Source: Camelus ferus
Taxonomy: Eukaryota
Direction: 5' to 3'
NCBI RefSeq assembly: GCF_009834535.1
Contig: NC_045697.1
Span: forward strand, 28,522,001-28,586,000
DNA length: 64,000 nt
Under the pieces are notes generated by a model. It did not search any database. It worked only from the letters and a program-made list of their open reading frames with translations, and was not told the origin of the DNA. Made by a program: the position numbers and the translations under genes. Shown piece after piece: positions 14,201 to 26,984 of this stretch (positions are counted from its first letter, which is position 1; each line of letters begins with the position of its first letter).

Positions 14201-16089
14201 TGGCCCCCTGTAGAAAGAAAACATTTTCCATTTCCTGCCCAAATCTTCCATTTTGAGTTTTAAATCTCAAGGACAAAAAGAGAAAGTACTAATTTGGAAT
14301 AACTGTGTATTTAAGTTAGTAGTTTTAGTTAATCATTAGGTAACTGACATCCAGGAAAAATGTTCTCGGACCATGAAGAAAGTTCAGAGTCCACAAATAG
14401 TCATCATTGTCAGCAACAATAATAAACACCTATCGAGCACTTATAGAAGGTCAAGTCCTGCTGCTGCAATCTTGGTTCAGTTCAGTTAAACTGATGCCTT
14501 CTGTGAGCAAATCATTGTGTGGAGTGCTGGTGCTGGGACAACTGGGAATCCACGTGGAAAGTCTTAAATACACAACTTGAATTTACACATATGTAAATAT
14601 GTATGTAACCACTACCTAGATCAAAAAATAAAATATTTCCAAAGACTCCCTCATTCCCCTTCCCATTCAATACCTGGAGGAATGCCTTTAAAGAGAAAAT
14701 TAGAGCCAAATGAATCTGTGGGGAATGTAAAAAGGAAAAAGAGGAGCATACTGACTGAGAAGTGGCCTGAGTTTTAACAATAGGACAACTTGTTTCCATA
14801 GTACCTAAAAAATGTTTTAATAGAAAAGTTGCTACCCACGAAGTTTATTGTAAGTGGTTTAAAATACTAAAAGTGTCAGATAAGTAATTTCATAATTTTT
14901 AATTAAAAATCCAAATAAATCTGAGTAATTAGTGTTAATTGCGATTTTCTTAAGATTTAATGCATATTTAAAGGGACAAAATGATGGTACATGGTGGAAA
15001 GATAATATAATCTCTAGTTTTTTGCCACCTGTAGCCAGATCTCTAATTTCTACCCTTTCTATTCAGACTAAATCTCAGAATTTCCCTCCACTACACATTA
15101 AAAATCTGTAGACCATTGAAAAGACTTAGAAACGATAACCAGCTCAGAGGCAATGAGCACCCAGATGATGGTCTCTGAAAACCAGTTCACACTGACAGAA
15201 ACCAGGGTTCCTTGCAAGTTGGAAGCAAGAAATGTGCAAGATGAACATGAAACATCTTGTTACATCATGATGCTATCAAAGCTACCAAAATTATGGCAGA
15301 AGAACTTAGGACTCGACTTGAAGGGGCTCCCACTGACTGAAGATTTGTCAGTTTGAGAAACAAAAAGCAAAATAATCTTTGACTTGCAATATATCAAATA
15401 TATTAAAACATTTTTGGTTGCCTTTGGAAGATGCTAGTCAACTAGCCCATTCTGAAAATATTAATTGGAAAGAATCATGCATTTGTCTAGTCTATACTAT
15501 ATGAACTATACCTCAGAATAAATAATTGGTGAAGGATAGATTTTCTTTATAGCATAATTCCAGCTAAAAAAAAAGAAGAAATGATTGAGTTAGAGTATCA
15601 CCATTTAGCAACCCCTAATTATTAATGGCTGCAAACACCCTTATGTGAAAAAATAATAGACTGATCAAGCTGACAATCTAATTAGCCTAAACCCACTGAT
15701 TAATCTTAATATCACAAAAAGACAGATAACCAGACATTAGGAGCCTCTTATTAAGATGTAATAGGAATACCCATTGCGACTTATGAAGTATTTTTGCCAA
15801 AAGAAACCTAACCTGAATCAGATCAAACATAATACCATAGGGATACAAACAGCAAAATCTAAAATGTTAAAGGCAAACCAAGTTTCTTCAACAAATGAAT
15901 TGCAAAAAATTTAAAAATGGTGAAAAAACCTATAGATGAAAAGAGACTCAAGCAACAACAACTTAATATAATACGTGGAACTTGTAAACCAACTGCTAAA
16001 AAAATTTGGAGAAAGTTGGGGAGATATGACATTAAAGAAATACTGATTTTTTTAAAGACATGATAATAGTTTTGTTAGATCAAAAATAT

Positions 16090-16540
16090 TTTTTTATTAA
16101 AATATAGTCAGTTACAATGTGATGTGTCAGTTTCTGGTGTACAGCATAATGTCCTAGTCATATATGTATATACATATATTCATTTTCATATACTTTGTCA
16201 TTAAAGGTTATTACAAGATATTGAATATAGTTCCCTGTGCTATACAGAAGAAATTTGTTTTTTATCTATTTTTATATGTAGTGGTTAACATTTGCAAATC
16301 TCAAACTCCCAAATTTATTCCTTCCCACCCCCTTTCCTCCAGTAACCATAAGATTGTTTACTATGTCTGGGAGTCTGTTTCTGTTTTGTGGATGAGTTCA
16401 TTAGCATCCTCTTTTTTCTTTTTTCTTTTTTTTAGATTCCAAATATGAGTGATATCATAGGGTATTTTTCTTTCTCTTTCTGGCTTACTTCACTGAGAAT
16501 GACGATCTCCAGGTCCGTCCATGTTGCTGCAAATGGTATT
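16090..16540 (-). mobile_element. Lineage-specific L1 3' fragment inside older L1M sequence (~15080-17160)
   Basis: Matches the L1 3'UTR family seen elsewhere in the window. Confidence 0.85.
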
Positions 16541-17447
16541 AAAAAATGATTCTTTTTTTCCTTATACACAGTGAATTATTTACAGATAAAATGGTAAGAG
16601 ACCTAGGATTTGCCTCAAAATTTTCTAATACTAGGTGTAGTGGATATGACCATGTGCTATATTGTTGAAGCTAAGTTTTGTTATACTACTTCTTCTACTT
16701 TTGTATATTAATTTGAGAATTTTAATATTAAAAAAGTTTAAAAATCTTTAGGCACAAATTTTTTTTGTAAAAAAATCAATCGAACCTGTCACAATTTATT
16801 GACTTTATTTGGACCTCTATTCTCAAACACTCAACATTTGTAAGACAATCAGGAAGGTGAGAACACTAACTCTATACTTGATGATATTAGGGAATGTCTA
16901 TAAATTATTTCTGTATGGTAATGCTATTGTGGCTATGTTAAAAATAGAATCATTTTCTTTTAGAGACACACAGTAAAATATTGTAGATGAAACATAGTAG
17001 CTAGAATTTGCTTCAAAATAATCAGGAGGAGGAAAATGGCTGGTGATAAAGATGCAAGAACCATTATCCATACAGATAGACCAATATTGATAGTTTTTGA
17101 AACTGGGTCATTATGATTATTGTATTTTTCTCTTTACTTTTGTCAAAATTGCTCCATAACTTGTATTTCCTCAAAAACATGTTTATTGTTGGGTGTTTTT
17201 CATATCATGCATAACATTTTAAAATTTATTTAACCTTGCTTTTCACTCATCTATGAAGAGCTCACTGTTGATCATCCTAGTAATCAAGAGTTCAATATAT
17301 TATATTAGGTCTAAAGATGAATAACTAAATCAGAAGTTTGACAAGTTCCCAACCGCTTTTCAGAAGGTACATGCTGCAACACTGTATTTCTGATTCTATA
17401 TCCACTATACTTTATATATGTCTATTAAAGTTACACTATCAACAATT

Positions 17448-17661
17448 AGTGTTGTGCTGGAACCAACTCACATTGCTTCTTCCCTATGAAAGCCAATTGT
17501 GCTCATTTCTTCCCAACTTCAAGTTCAGTGATGCCACAGTGGTAGCTTGAAATTGCCAGAGAAGGAACAGGTACACTATGGAAATTGGCAAATGTTACAA
17601 ATCAAGGATTGCTCCCCCCAACCCACCCCCAGTCAATTGTTAAACATTTACCATATCATTG
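17448..17661 (+). mobile_element. MER63-like hAT-Blackjack MITE
   Basis: tagtgttgtgctggaacc...caattgttaaacatttaccatatcattg resembles MER63 termini. Confidence 0.65.
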
Positions 17662-17849
17662 ACAGTAAGCCTTTCTTACCATATGAAGTGGGTATTTGTT
17701 ACGTATTCATAGTGCCATTCACACAAAGGTACCCTGCTTGAAGAAAGTTTGATACACTAAAGACTAAATTTTACCAAAGTATTAAAGGAAATAATGATTA
17801 TTCACACTGCAAAAAAGAGTTTTTAATTTGTAAAATAATTCTCTGTATA

Positions 17850-20500
17850 AGAATTATTATACGTAATTGTCCAAAACTGAAAACTATCTCATGGTTCTTC
17901 AATAAATAAATGGATAAATAAATTGCAGCTCATTCACACAGTGGAATGCTACTCAACAATAAACAAGAATGAATTATTGATACATACAACAATACAGATG
18001 AATATTAAATGCATTATGCTAAGTGGAAGAACCCAAAATCTGCCTTCTGAGATGGCTCACACTTTATGGAGTATGTATCTACTTTTACTTTAAATGCCCA
18101 CTCACATCTTGTAGCCTCTCTGGCCTTCTGAGACAGCCTATACTCTGTCCATAGAGTGTGCATCTCTCTGAATAAATGTACTTTAACTCAAAAAAAAAAA
18201 AAACACTATCAAAAGATTATATACTAAATGTTTCCATCTATATGACATTCTGAAAAAAGCTAAAATACAGAAACAGTTATAATGCACACAGGTCAGTGGT
18301 AGCCAAGATTAGGTGTGGAAAAGGACCTAAATACAAAAGAGCAGTGGAAGGAAATTCTTTCAAGTGTTGAATTGTTTTGTAGCCTGTCTGTGTTGGTGGT
18401 TATAAGACTCTATGCCTGTATAAAATCTCATAGAAGTGTACACACGCTCACGATTTTGTATGTAAACTTTTTTAATTTTAAAGAAAAAAAAAGAATTCTC
18501 TGCATAAAGAGCTTCCTTGATGCTTAAAAAATGATGCTTTGTTTACCCATGTTTAGCTTATGACAAGTTTTCATAAATAAATCTGTTGTATGAAGTGAGG
18601 CTCACTAAAACTGTACCACTTTTCACCCAGAAGTTGTATATCTTTCTGCAAAAGCTAAAGATTTTTTTAAAAGAATCTGAGATAAAATTAACTTAAAATA
18701 AGCAGCACATGTTTAAAGAGTACAATTTGATAAGAACATACATAAACAGCCACAAAACTATCACCACAACCAAGAAAACTAATTTATGTTGCACACTCAA
18801 TTGTTGCTTTTGTTAATCCCTCCCTTCTCTTCATCCCATTCCCTCCTCCCCATGCAGTCGCTGATCTTAGTTTCTGTAACTGCAGATTATTTTGCATTTT
18901 CTGGACTCTTCCATAAGTGGATTCATACAATATATATTCCTTTTTTGTCTAGCTTCTTTCACCCAGCATACTTATCCCTATTATTTCATGTATCAATAGT
19001 TCATTCCTTTTTATTGCTATATAGCATTCCATTGTATGGATATATCATGATTTGCTTATCCACGAACCTTTGGCTATTAAATACTAGAAACATATATGTA
19101 TAAGTCTTCTATGAATATATGCTTTCATGTTTCTTTGGTAAATATCTGGGAATGGAATTGTTGGGTTATATAGAAGGCGTATATTTAACTTTCAAGAAAC
19201 TGCCAAACTTCCAAAGTATCATTTTATATTCCCACAGCAGTTCGTGAGGGTTAATTTCTCCATATTCTTACCAACAATTGCTATGGTTAGTTTTTCAGTT
19301 TTAGGCATCCTAATAGGTATGGGGTGTTATCCCATAGTGATATTAACGTATATTTGCCTAATAGCTAATGATGTTGAGCATCTTTCCTTGTGCTTATTTT
19401 CCATCTATATATCCTCTTTGGTGAAGTAAGTCTAAATATTATAATGAAGACACATTCAATAGGCATAAACATGAAATTTAAACTTTCAAGTATTTACTAT
19501 TTCCTCTAAGAGCTCTTTTTCATTGTTTAATAGCTTTATTGAGATATAATTCACACACCATAAAATTCACCCTTTAAAGTGTACAATTTAGTTGTTTTTA
19601 GTGTATTCATAGATTTGTGCAACCGTTACCACTATCTATTTTCAAAATGTTTTCATAACTCCAAGAAGAACCCCCATAACCACTGAGTTTCTTCCCCTTC
19701 ACCTCCCTCGTCCAGTCCCTGGCAACCACTAATACATTTTCTATTTATGTGGATTTGACTATTCTAACCTAATAGGAGAATTTATGGGGCATATGGTAAC
19801 TCTAAATTCAACATTTTGAATAACTATCAAACTTTTCAAAGTGGCTATACTATTTTACATCCCACTGGCAATATGTGAGAGTTCCAATTTCTCTGCATTC
19901 TCACTGACAATTGTTATTGTCTTTTTTTAAATTTTAGCCATCTTATTGTGTATGAAGTGGTATCTCAATGTGTTTTTGATTTACATCTCCCTAATGACTA
20001 ATTATGTTTGACATCTTTGCATATGCTTATTGCCAATTTGTAGATCTTCTTTGGAGAAATGTCTTTTTATATCTCTCACCCACTTTTTAATCAAATTGTC
20101 TTTTTATTGTTGAGTTGTAAAGGGTTCTTTACATATTCTCGATAAAATATCCCTTAGAGATATGATTTACAAATATTTTCTCCTATTCAGTGGATTTTTT
20201 CACTTTCCTGATAGTGTCCTTCAAAGCACAAAGGTTTTTAATTTTGATGAAGTCCAATTTATCTTTTTTTTTTTTTTTTTTTTGGCTTTTGGGTCATACC
20301 TAAGAAATTATTGCCTAATCTGAGGTCATGAAGATATATTTTCTTCCAGGAGTTTTATAGCCCTAGCTCTTATACTTAGGTCTATGATGTATTTTGAATT
20401 AATTTTTGTATGATGTGAGTTAGGGTTCCAAGTTCTTCCTTTTGCATGTGGAGACCTAGTTGTCCCAGTACCATTTGTTGAAAAGACTATTCCCCCCCCC
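17850..20500. mobile_element. Cluster of old L1 fragments (plus strand ~17850-18490; minus strand ~18670-19425 and ~19520-20500)
   Basis: L1M 3'UTR and ORF2 sequence. Confidence 0.85.
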
Positions 20501-21089
20501 ATTTTTAAGAATTTTTATCCCTAATTGAAAAATATATCTATGCAAAATTCATGTGTCACTTAATTTCTAAATTCATTATCATCATACTTATGTAATATCT
20601 ACCAGAATTATCTGTCATCTCATGACCTGAATTTGAATAGTCTTAGTTTTAGTTTGCTTTGATTTCTGAAAGATCTCTAGGCTGTAAGCTATATTTGCTT
20701 TTTGAAAAATAATGATTCCTGGTACAGTAATAAATAGTTTGTAATATACTTAGGGACAAAAAAGTATAATTATTTACAAATGTAACTTTTAGTACTTGTC
20801 AACTCTTTACAATGTTATTTAATCCTATAGTTTCTTTTATATATATACCTTTTTAAAAAAATTTTATTGTGGTATAATTTCTGTACAGTAAACTACACAC
20901 ATTTCAAACATACAATTTGATAAATTTTGATAGATGTATACATAAATATTTTTTAAAGTGCAAAGATATTGGTAGAGAACCATTTACTTATATCCAGTGA
21001 TGACATCATTAGAGCTAGACCATGGATTCTCCACCCAGCTTCAAAGTTTATATTTTTTAAACAAAATTTACATAACCTAACAAAATATT

Positions 21090-21780
21090 TGTGGAAGATT
21101 TGTACAGTGTTAACTTAGTTAAGCAGGAGCTGTGATTCCCAGAAATTGCCTTCCCTACATAGTTACAAGTTAGCCTGGCCACAAGATACATTTTGTGCAT
21201 GATTTACAAGGCAGCAGTGAAACAGCAGCTGTCTTTTTTTTTTAAAAAAAAAAACAGCTTTTTTGAGACAATTCACATACCATACAACTCACCATTGTCA
21301 TCTTCTTTTCACTCAAAGAGTAAGTGCAAGGCATTAGGTACTTTTGCAGCTCACACATGTTGCCACTGTTTTTTTTTTAACTCACTTTGGTATGAGGTGT
21401 GAGGCAGCAGCTAGGTCCACAAGAAGTCCATCTCCTCCCTCAGTTTCTCCAACTCTACTCCTGGGTCAGGTATACATTTAGCTTCATTATGAAGGATACT
21501 AGTTTCTTCAGCAGGTCCTCTGCATCACTGAAGTTATTGGCTTAGAGGTGGTAAGGGACCAAGACAGGTTCCAGCTTGTCTTTGTTCTTTCCCACTTCAT
21601 GTCTATCTTTCCTTCTCAACTTCTTGCCATGCTGGCATCAGGACCAGCACCAGACATAGAAGCAAAAGCCAGCCATAAGCTATTTAACCAGTTTCCGCAA
21701 TTGTGTAAGGTCAAATCCCTATAACAAAAACTATAATATTCCCAGTGGTACTGTTTCTCTGATCAAATCCTGTTACCACT
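21090..21780 (+). mobile_element. ERVL-class (MLT2-like) LTR
   Basis: Starts with TG; 3' end aggtcaaatccctataac...agtggtactgtttctctgatcaaatcctg is typical of MLT2-group LTRs. Confidence 0.7.
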
Positions 21781-22949
21781 TTACACACTCAAAATCTTTG
21801 AGAATCCCTTCCTATCAATAAGACACCCAAAGGTATAATTAATGGATAGTCAAGTGGCATATGCAACCTCCACTCCTAATTCAAAAATTTCTAGAGGGTA
21901 TTTCATCCAATCACCGCTTTATGAGTTCTTGTTTCTTACAGAATTCAGCTCAGGATGATCGTTTAGATCTTCCCCCATATTCAGCTTTGATATCTCAGAC
22001 AAGCACCAAGCTTAGATAAAATAGCCTGGGGGTAAAGAATAAACTTTTAGATTCATTGAATATGGAAGCACAATTAACAATACTGGTTAGGTTGGCTAAT
22101 CAGCACCTTAGGGTAAATTAATTCAAGAGGTATGGAATGCTACTGTAAATGAAATGAAAATTAAAATACGGTTAAAATTTAGAACGTGTGATTTTCTAAA
22201 TGTATGTTGTGGAATTATCTCCCCTATTTGAATGTATAATTGGTATAGGTATGTTTGAATGGAAATTTCTCCCTTATTGGGTAAAATTTAAGAAGGACTA
22301 ATACATTCATCGACCCTCTGGTCAGCACTAGTTGAAGATATAAAATGAGAGCTCTTACAGTTACCTAAGCCAGGTCTTGCCTGCTGCTGTTGTGGAACTG
22401 GGTCCCTCACAACAAATTGTTCAAGGATATTAAGCCTGGTTCACAGGTAGCAGTTCTAGAATTGAGGGTCATGGATCAGTATGGAAAGCTGAAGCTCGGT
22501 GTCCACTAGAAGGTAAAATTCTTATGAAGGAAGATAAGAACAACTTAGTCCAGGGGGCTAAATTATAGACTGTGTTCCTGGCAGTGATGGAAGAATTAGA
22601 TACAAATAAATGTCCTACTCTTTGCGTGTATATGGACTCTTGACCAATGGATTTGCAATTTGGTCTAGCAAATGGGCCACAAATAACTGGATGATAAAAG
22701 AGGTCCTGCTCTTTGGAAATCTTTATGTAAATTGTAAGGGCAAACCAAAGTGGGACATGTTGATGTTCACTAAAGAGGCCTTATGCAAGGAATCAACAAG
22801 TCGATGCCTTAGTTTGACCTCTGTACGCGGCAACCTGGGTCTATGAATCAGTAGACATGCAGTAATTCAAACCATGTAGCAATGGGCCATATGACAAATA
22901 TCCCAGTGGCCCTTACTGAAGCTCAAACTGTTAACAATAATTATTCTGG

Positions 22950-23047
22950 GTGGTGTGGGGGTGTATAGCTCAGTGGCAGTGCGAGTGCTTAGCGTTTATG
23001 AGGTTCTGGGTTCAATCCCCAGTAAATCAAAACAAATAATAATAATT
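22950..23047 (+). mobile_element. Short tRNA-derived SINE (camelid Vic-1-like)
   Basis: A box tagctcagtgg, B box ggttcaatccc, A-rich tail, TSD attattctg. Confidence 0.85.
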
Positions 23048-23655
23048 ATTATTCTGTTTGCTAACAGAAAAGGCAATGTTTGCGATTAGTCCTGGAAATT
23101 ATTCTCAGGTCCAGCCCATAGCTGGCAAGTAGATAATACTGACCCTTTATCTATTGCCGTGGGGAATCTAGATGGATATTGACAGAATTTGATACGTATT
23201 CTGGGTTTGGCTTTGCACACCTAGTGACTAATGCTTTAAATACTATCAAAAAGCTAAAACAGTAATATTATACCTGTTTGGCCCTCCTAGTTACATTTTC
23301 TTGGATCAAGGCATTCAATTCCCTACCCACATAATGCTACAATGGGCAAAGAAACATCACATTCAATGGACTGGACTTAACTATATTCCTGATCACCCTC
23401 AAAGTAGTAGATTAATAGACAATTGGACTAAACCCAACAACTACTTTAAAGATGTAGGGATGATAGTGGATTGAAGGATTGGACCATAGATTCCTAGCTT
23501 GTATTTTGCAACTTAACATGAGGATGACTAAAGTAGGTCTCCATTAGATAAGCTGTTATGCTTTTACAGTGGAAGTAGGGAAAAAAGAGTGGGAAATGAT
23601 ACAGAAATTTAAAGACAAGACTTCCATAGTTTACCACAATTTTCTTCTCCAATGC

Positions 23656-23988
23656 TTGGTCTGTTTAGGCTGATATAGTGAAGTATCTTGGACTAGATGG
23701 TTTACAAACAACAGTTCTGGAAGTTGGAGATCACAATGCCAGCATGGTCAGACTCTGGTGAGGACCCTCCTTCAGGGTGCAAACTGTATCCTTACAAGGT
23801 AGAGAAGAGGGACCAGCAAGTTCCCTCATAACTTTTGTAAGGTCACTGATCCCATTTATGAGAACTCTGCCCTCATGACCTCATCTAATCCTAATGATCT
23901 CCCAAATACCTTACCTCCTAACACCATCACATTGGGGGTAGGGTTTAACATTTGAATTTGCAGGGTACGCAAAATTAAGTCCATAACA
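23656..23988 (-). mobile_element. MaLR solo LTR (MST/MLT1A-like) nested in the ERVL internal region
   Basis: MaLR-like ends; 5-bp TSD AATGC at 23651-23655 and 23989-23993. Confidence 0.8.
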
Positions 23989-24782
23989 AATGCCAAATCA
24001 GTAGTCCCTTGACTAGGGCTCCAGAGGCTGATAATCTAAAACAAAATACTGTGTCTATTAATTTGAACCTAATGCAAGAAATCCAAAGAGATTGGTGGGA
24101 TAGATTATCTCTCCCCCTACTTTGCCGCAATGGGGCTAATTGTGCAAATGTTTTGTTGCCTAGTGGTCAGGATAGACTCATTTTCTCTACTTATCCAATC
24201 TGAGCCCCTACCACTAGGGAATGGATTGCAAGGGAAGTCCACCCATGTCTCATCTTGCTATCAGCCATATAGACTAGCCCAGTGGTTGAACCAGAGGGTT
24301 CTACTTCAGGGGAAAGGTCTGGATTAAAATTAATGACTAATGAAAGAAAAGTGAAGTCATTGCTGAGAGGAAAGGAGCCAATAAGTGAGCTTTATTAAAG
24401 GGAAAATTCAACAATTCTGATGAGACTTACAACAAGAGAATAACATTCTGTCTTAGCTTGACTCAGATACCTGTTGTGGAGAAGGACCCTGACAAAACCT
24501 TTTCCTCTTTTGAAAAGCCAAGACGTGAGCTGAATGAAAAATAAACATACTTCCAGAAGCAGTCTGCATTCTCAAAATGAATGAAAAAAGGGAAGCTGAC
24601 TATATAGAAAAATACTAATATGGTGATGTCGTTTGATTTTTGTTTCATGTGAAATTTTTCCTATGCAGGATAATTAGCCTAAGGAAGATGTAGACTTGAT
24701 TAATGATAGATTGATTATGGTTTTTAATCATTCAGCAGATGTGTACCTTAAAGTTCAGATAGCTATAGATCAGGGAGGAAGA

Positions 24783-25532
24783 TGTATTATAAAATCAGTA
24801 TAAAAATACAAGAAAATTTATGCTGGTATAAATGAATGGTTTAGTTCTATACCAACTCCTCACTGGTTATTGCGAATGTTTAGAATCCATTTGCTTTTCA
24901 ATTGTAAGGCAAATTAATTTCTGTCAAACTAAGGATAATTGTTTAATTGTAGAAGGCTCTTGACCACGGATCAAGGTGGTGGACTCTACAGAGACAGTCA
25001 ATTCCAACAGGCCAGGAATCAATATGAACTATTTTCCTAAAGTTCTTGCATGGCACTGACCCATGGTCAAGACATGAAACATTAAGAAATAGTATTTTGT
25101 AACCATGGGTCCAAGGAGTTTCGGGTGGTTGTGGTTGGCACCACTTTGTCAACATTGGGTTACTAATATCAGGGAGATCAATGTTTTACATCTGGGCTCA
25201 GCTCTCCTGTTGCAGGAATATGTCTGTGTGACCAGCAAATATAAAAAACTGCACCTAAGACCCCATTGTGGGCTTTCTGCCTCCATGGTATCCTGTGATC
25301 ACATCAGTGGTTCCTGCTCTGAGAGAAACTACATCTGGCCTCAACTCATAGAGGGTGAACAAAGCAGCCTGAGCTGGCCTCTCAGGACCCTTTAGAGTGA
25401 GGCAACCTTTGCTGTGATGCAATTTATTTTAATGCAATTTACATATTCTTTTCCTGTAATAAACTACATTTGTAAGCATTGCCATTTTAAGTCCTATGAG
25501 TCTTCTTTAGCAATAAAACTCTACCTACTACT
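24783..25532 (+). mobile_element. 3' LTR of the ERVL-class element
   Basis: TG start directly after the PPT; TATA-like tataaaa ~25240; AATAAA ~25458; U5 agtcctatgagtcttc typical of MER21/MER54-group LTRs. Confidence 0.7.
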
Positions 25533-26984
25533 TTAAGTGCATATATAGATATTTTACATTAAATAAAATACTCTAAGACAATAAAGCCACGCAGGTTAGG
25601 TTATCACCAGGGGCTCTGAAAGGATGACAAAAGGACGTAGTATTACATAATTAAGAGAAAAAAAAATCAGGATATTTTGACTCCAGACCCTCCACTATTG
25701 AAGAGTCAAAATTAGCTGCTCCAATTCCATTTAGAACCATCCTCAACACATAGTAGTTTATTTGAAAGTAAAATACTTGGCTAAACTTTTAGGTGCTATG
25801 ATATCACAGTGTGGTCGGCCAAAAGTATGTCGCATTCCAACAAATGATTTTATGATATTTAAAACATGTAATTCTAGAGTCTCCTCTAACTCCAAGCTAA
25901 GGGCATGACGGTTCACATCTAAAGTGAAACTCTGGGGAAGTTTAAGGAGAGGTTTTCATGAATAAATTGATATTTTTGATGATATACTTTTGTAGCATCC
26001 AACATGAATTGAAATAGGAAGAAGCTGGAAATGGAAACCTCACATAGACTTTTCAGCTCTTGGATATAGTTATCTAGGGCTAGGGCAAAAGTTTTGAGAT
26101 GGCATAAGATCAGTTAGATCCAGATGATAAGAATGAAGAGAGATTATATTTAGCGGTAGTTTGAAAGCACAGTATAAAAACATAGAAATCTTACCCTAAA
26201 ATTATAGAAAACAAGGTCTTTGTATTTGAACAAGGGACAAAATTTAGGATGCAATTTTCTGAACAAAATGATCTATATGGGTGGAGGCCTACTCTCCCTA
26301 GTGGAAGACTGACCATACTTACAAACATAATTTGGGACCAGATATCATTTCCAACAATTAAATCATAGATATTGAGTAATATAAGGCCAAAGACAGACAC
26401 TGGTTACTTAATGACTAAATAAACATGACACAGAAACAGAACACAGAGTCCTTGGCTTTGATAAATAGTTCTCCACCCAAATACTGGAAATCACATAAGC
26501 AGCAACTTCCATGAAATTATGGATGACTGTCCACCAATTACTTGTAAGCAGAGCAGATAGATCATCAGAGACTGTCTAAAATAAAGCCTCATAGTAACTA
26601 GCCAGCAATAACTGAGCATTTTTGATGTGCCAGCTCTCATGCTGTGTGCAATTCTGACAATAATGCAATAGATAACATTATTATCTTTTTCCAGATGAGG
26701 AAACTGAGGAATATAACATCACTCCAACTTTCTGACTTCAGAGTCAGAGCTTTTAATTACTGTTCACTAAAACTCTAGCCTCCACAAGCCATTGTTTAAT
26801 GACTTGTGCAGAATGGCTAGTGGCAATGGTGGAGAAAGAATTTCTGAAAATTAAGCAGCTTACTCGACTTTAATCACCAAAAGTTCTTCAAACAAAGAAT
26901 TCATAATAATTTATTCTACCTGTTTTTTTTTCTAAGTTATTCATAATTTGTATAAATTACAGCACCAATTAAATTTCCGTTTTT

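Larger units (their letters stand above)
21800..24782 (+). mobile_element. Decayed ERVL-class internal region (RNase H and integrase remnants, polypurine tract)
   Basis: RNase H-like AWFTGSS...VYMDS*...TNGFAIWS from 22434; integrase WQVD...WILTEFDTYSGFGFA...FGPPSYIFLDQG...HPQSSRLIDNW at 23123-23429; PPT agggaggaaga at 24772-24782. Confidence 0.9.

Noticed and set aside
14682..14777. MPLKRKLEPNESVGNVKRKKRS, an NLS-like or Tigger-transposase-like peptide
   Set aside because: Too short, with no terminal repeats or downstream continuation visible
22950..23030. tRNA gene
   Set aside because: A and B boxes present, but no full cloverleaf; the A-rich tail and TSD indicate a SINE
26322..26400. LILLNIYDLIVGNDIWSQIMF read as the SLC9C transporter SQILF segment
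   Set aside because: A better-placed QILF lies at ~30243-30254; colinearity assigns this block to the S3-S4 region instead
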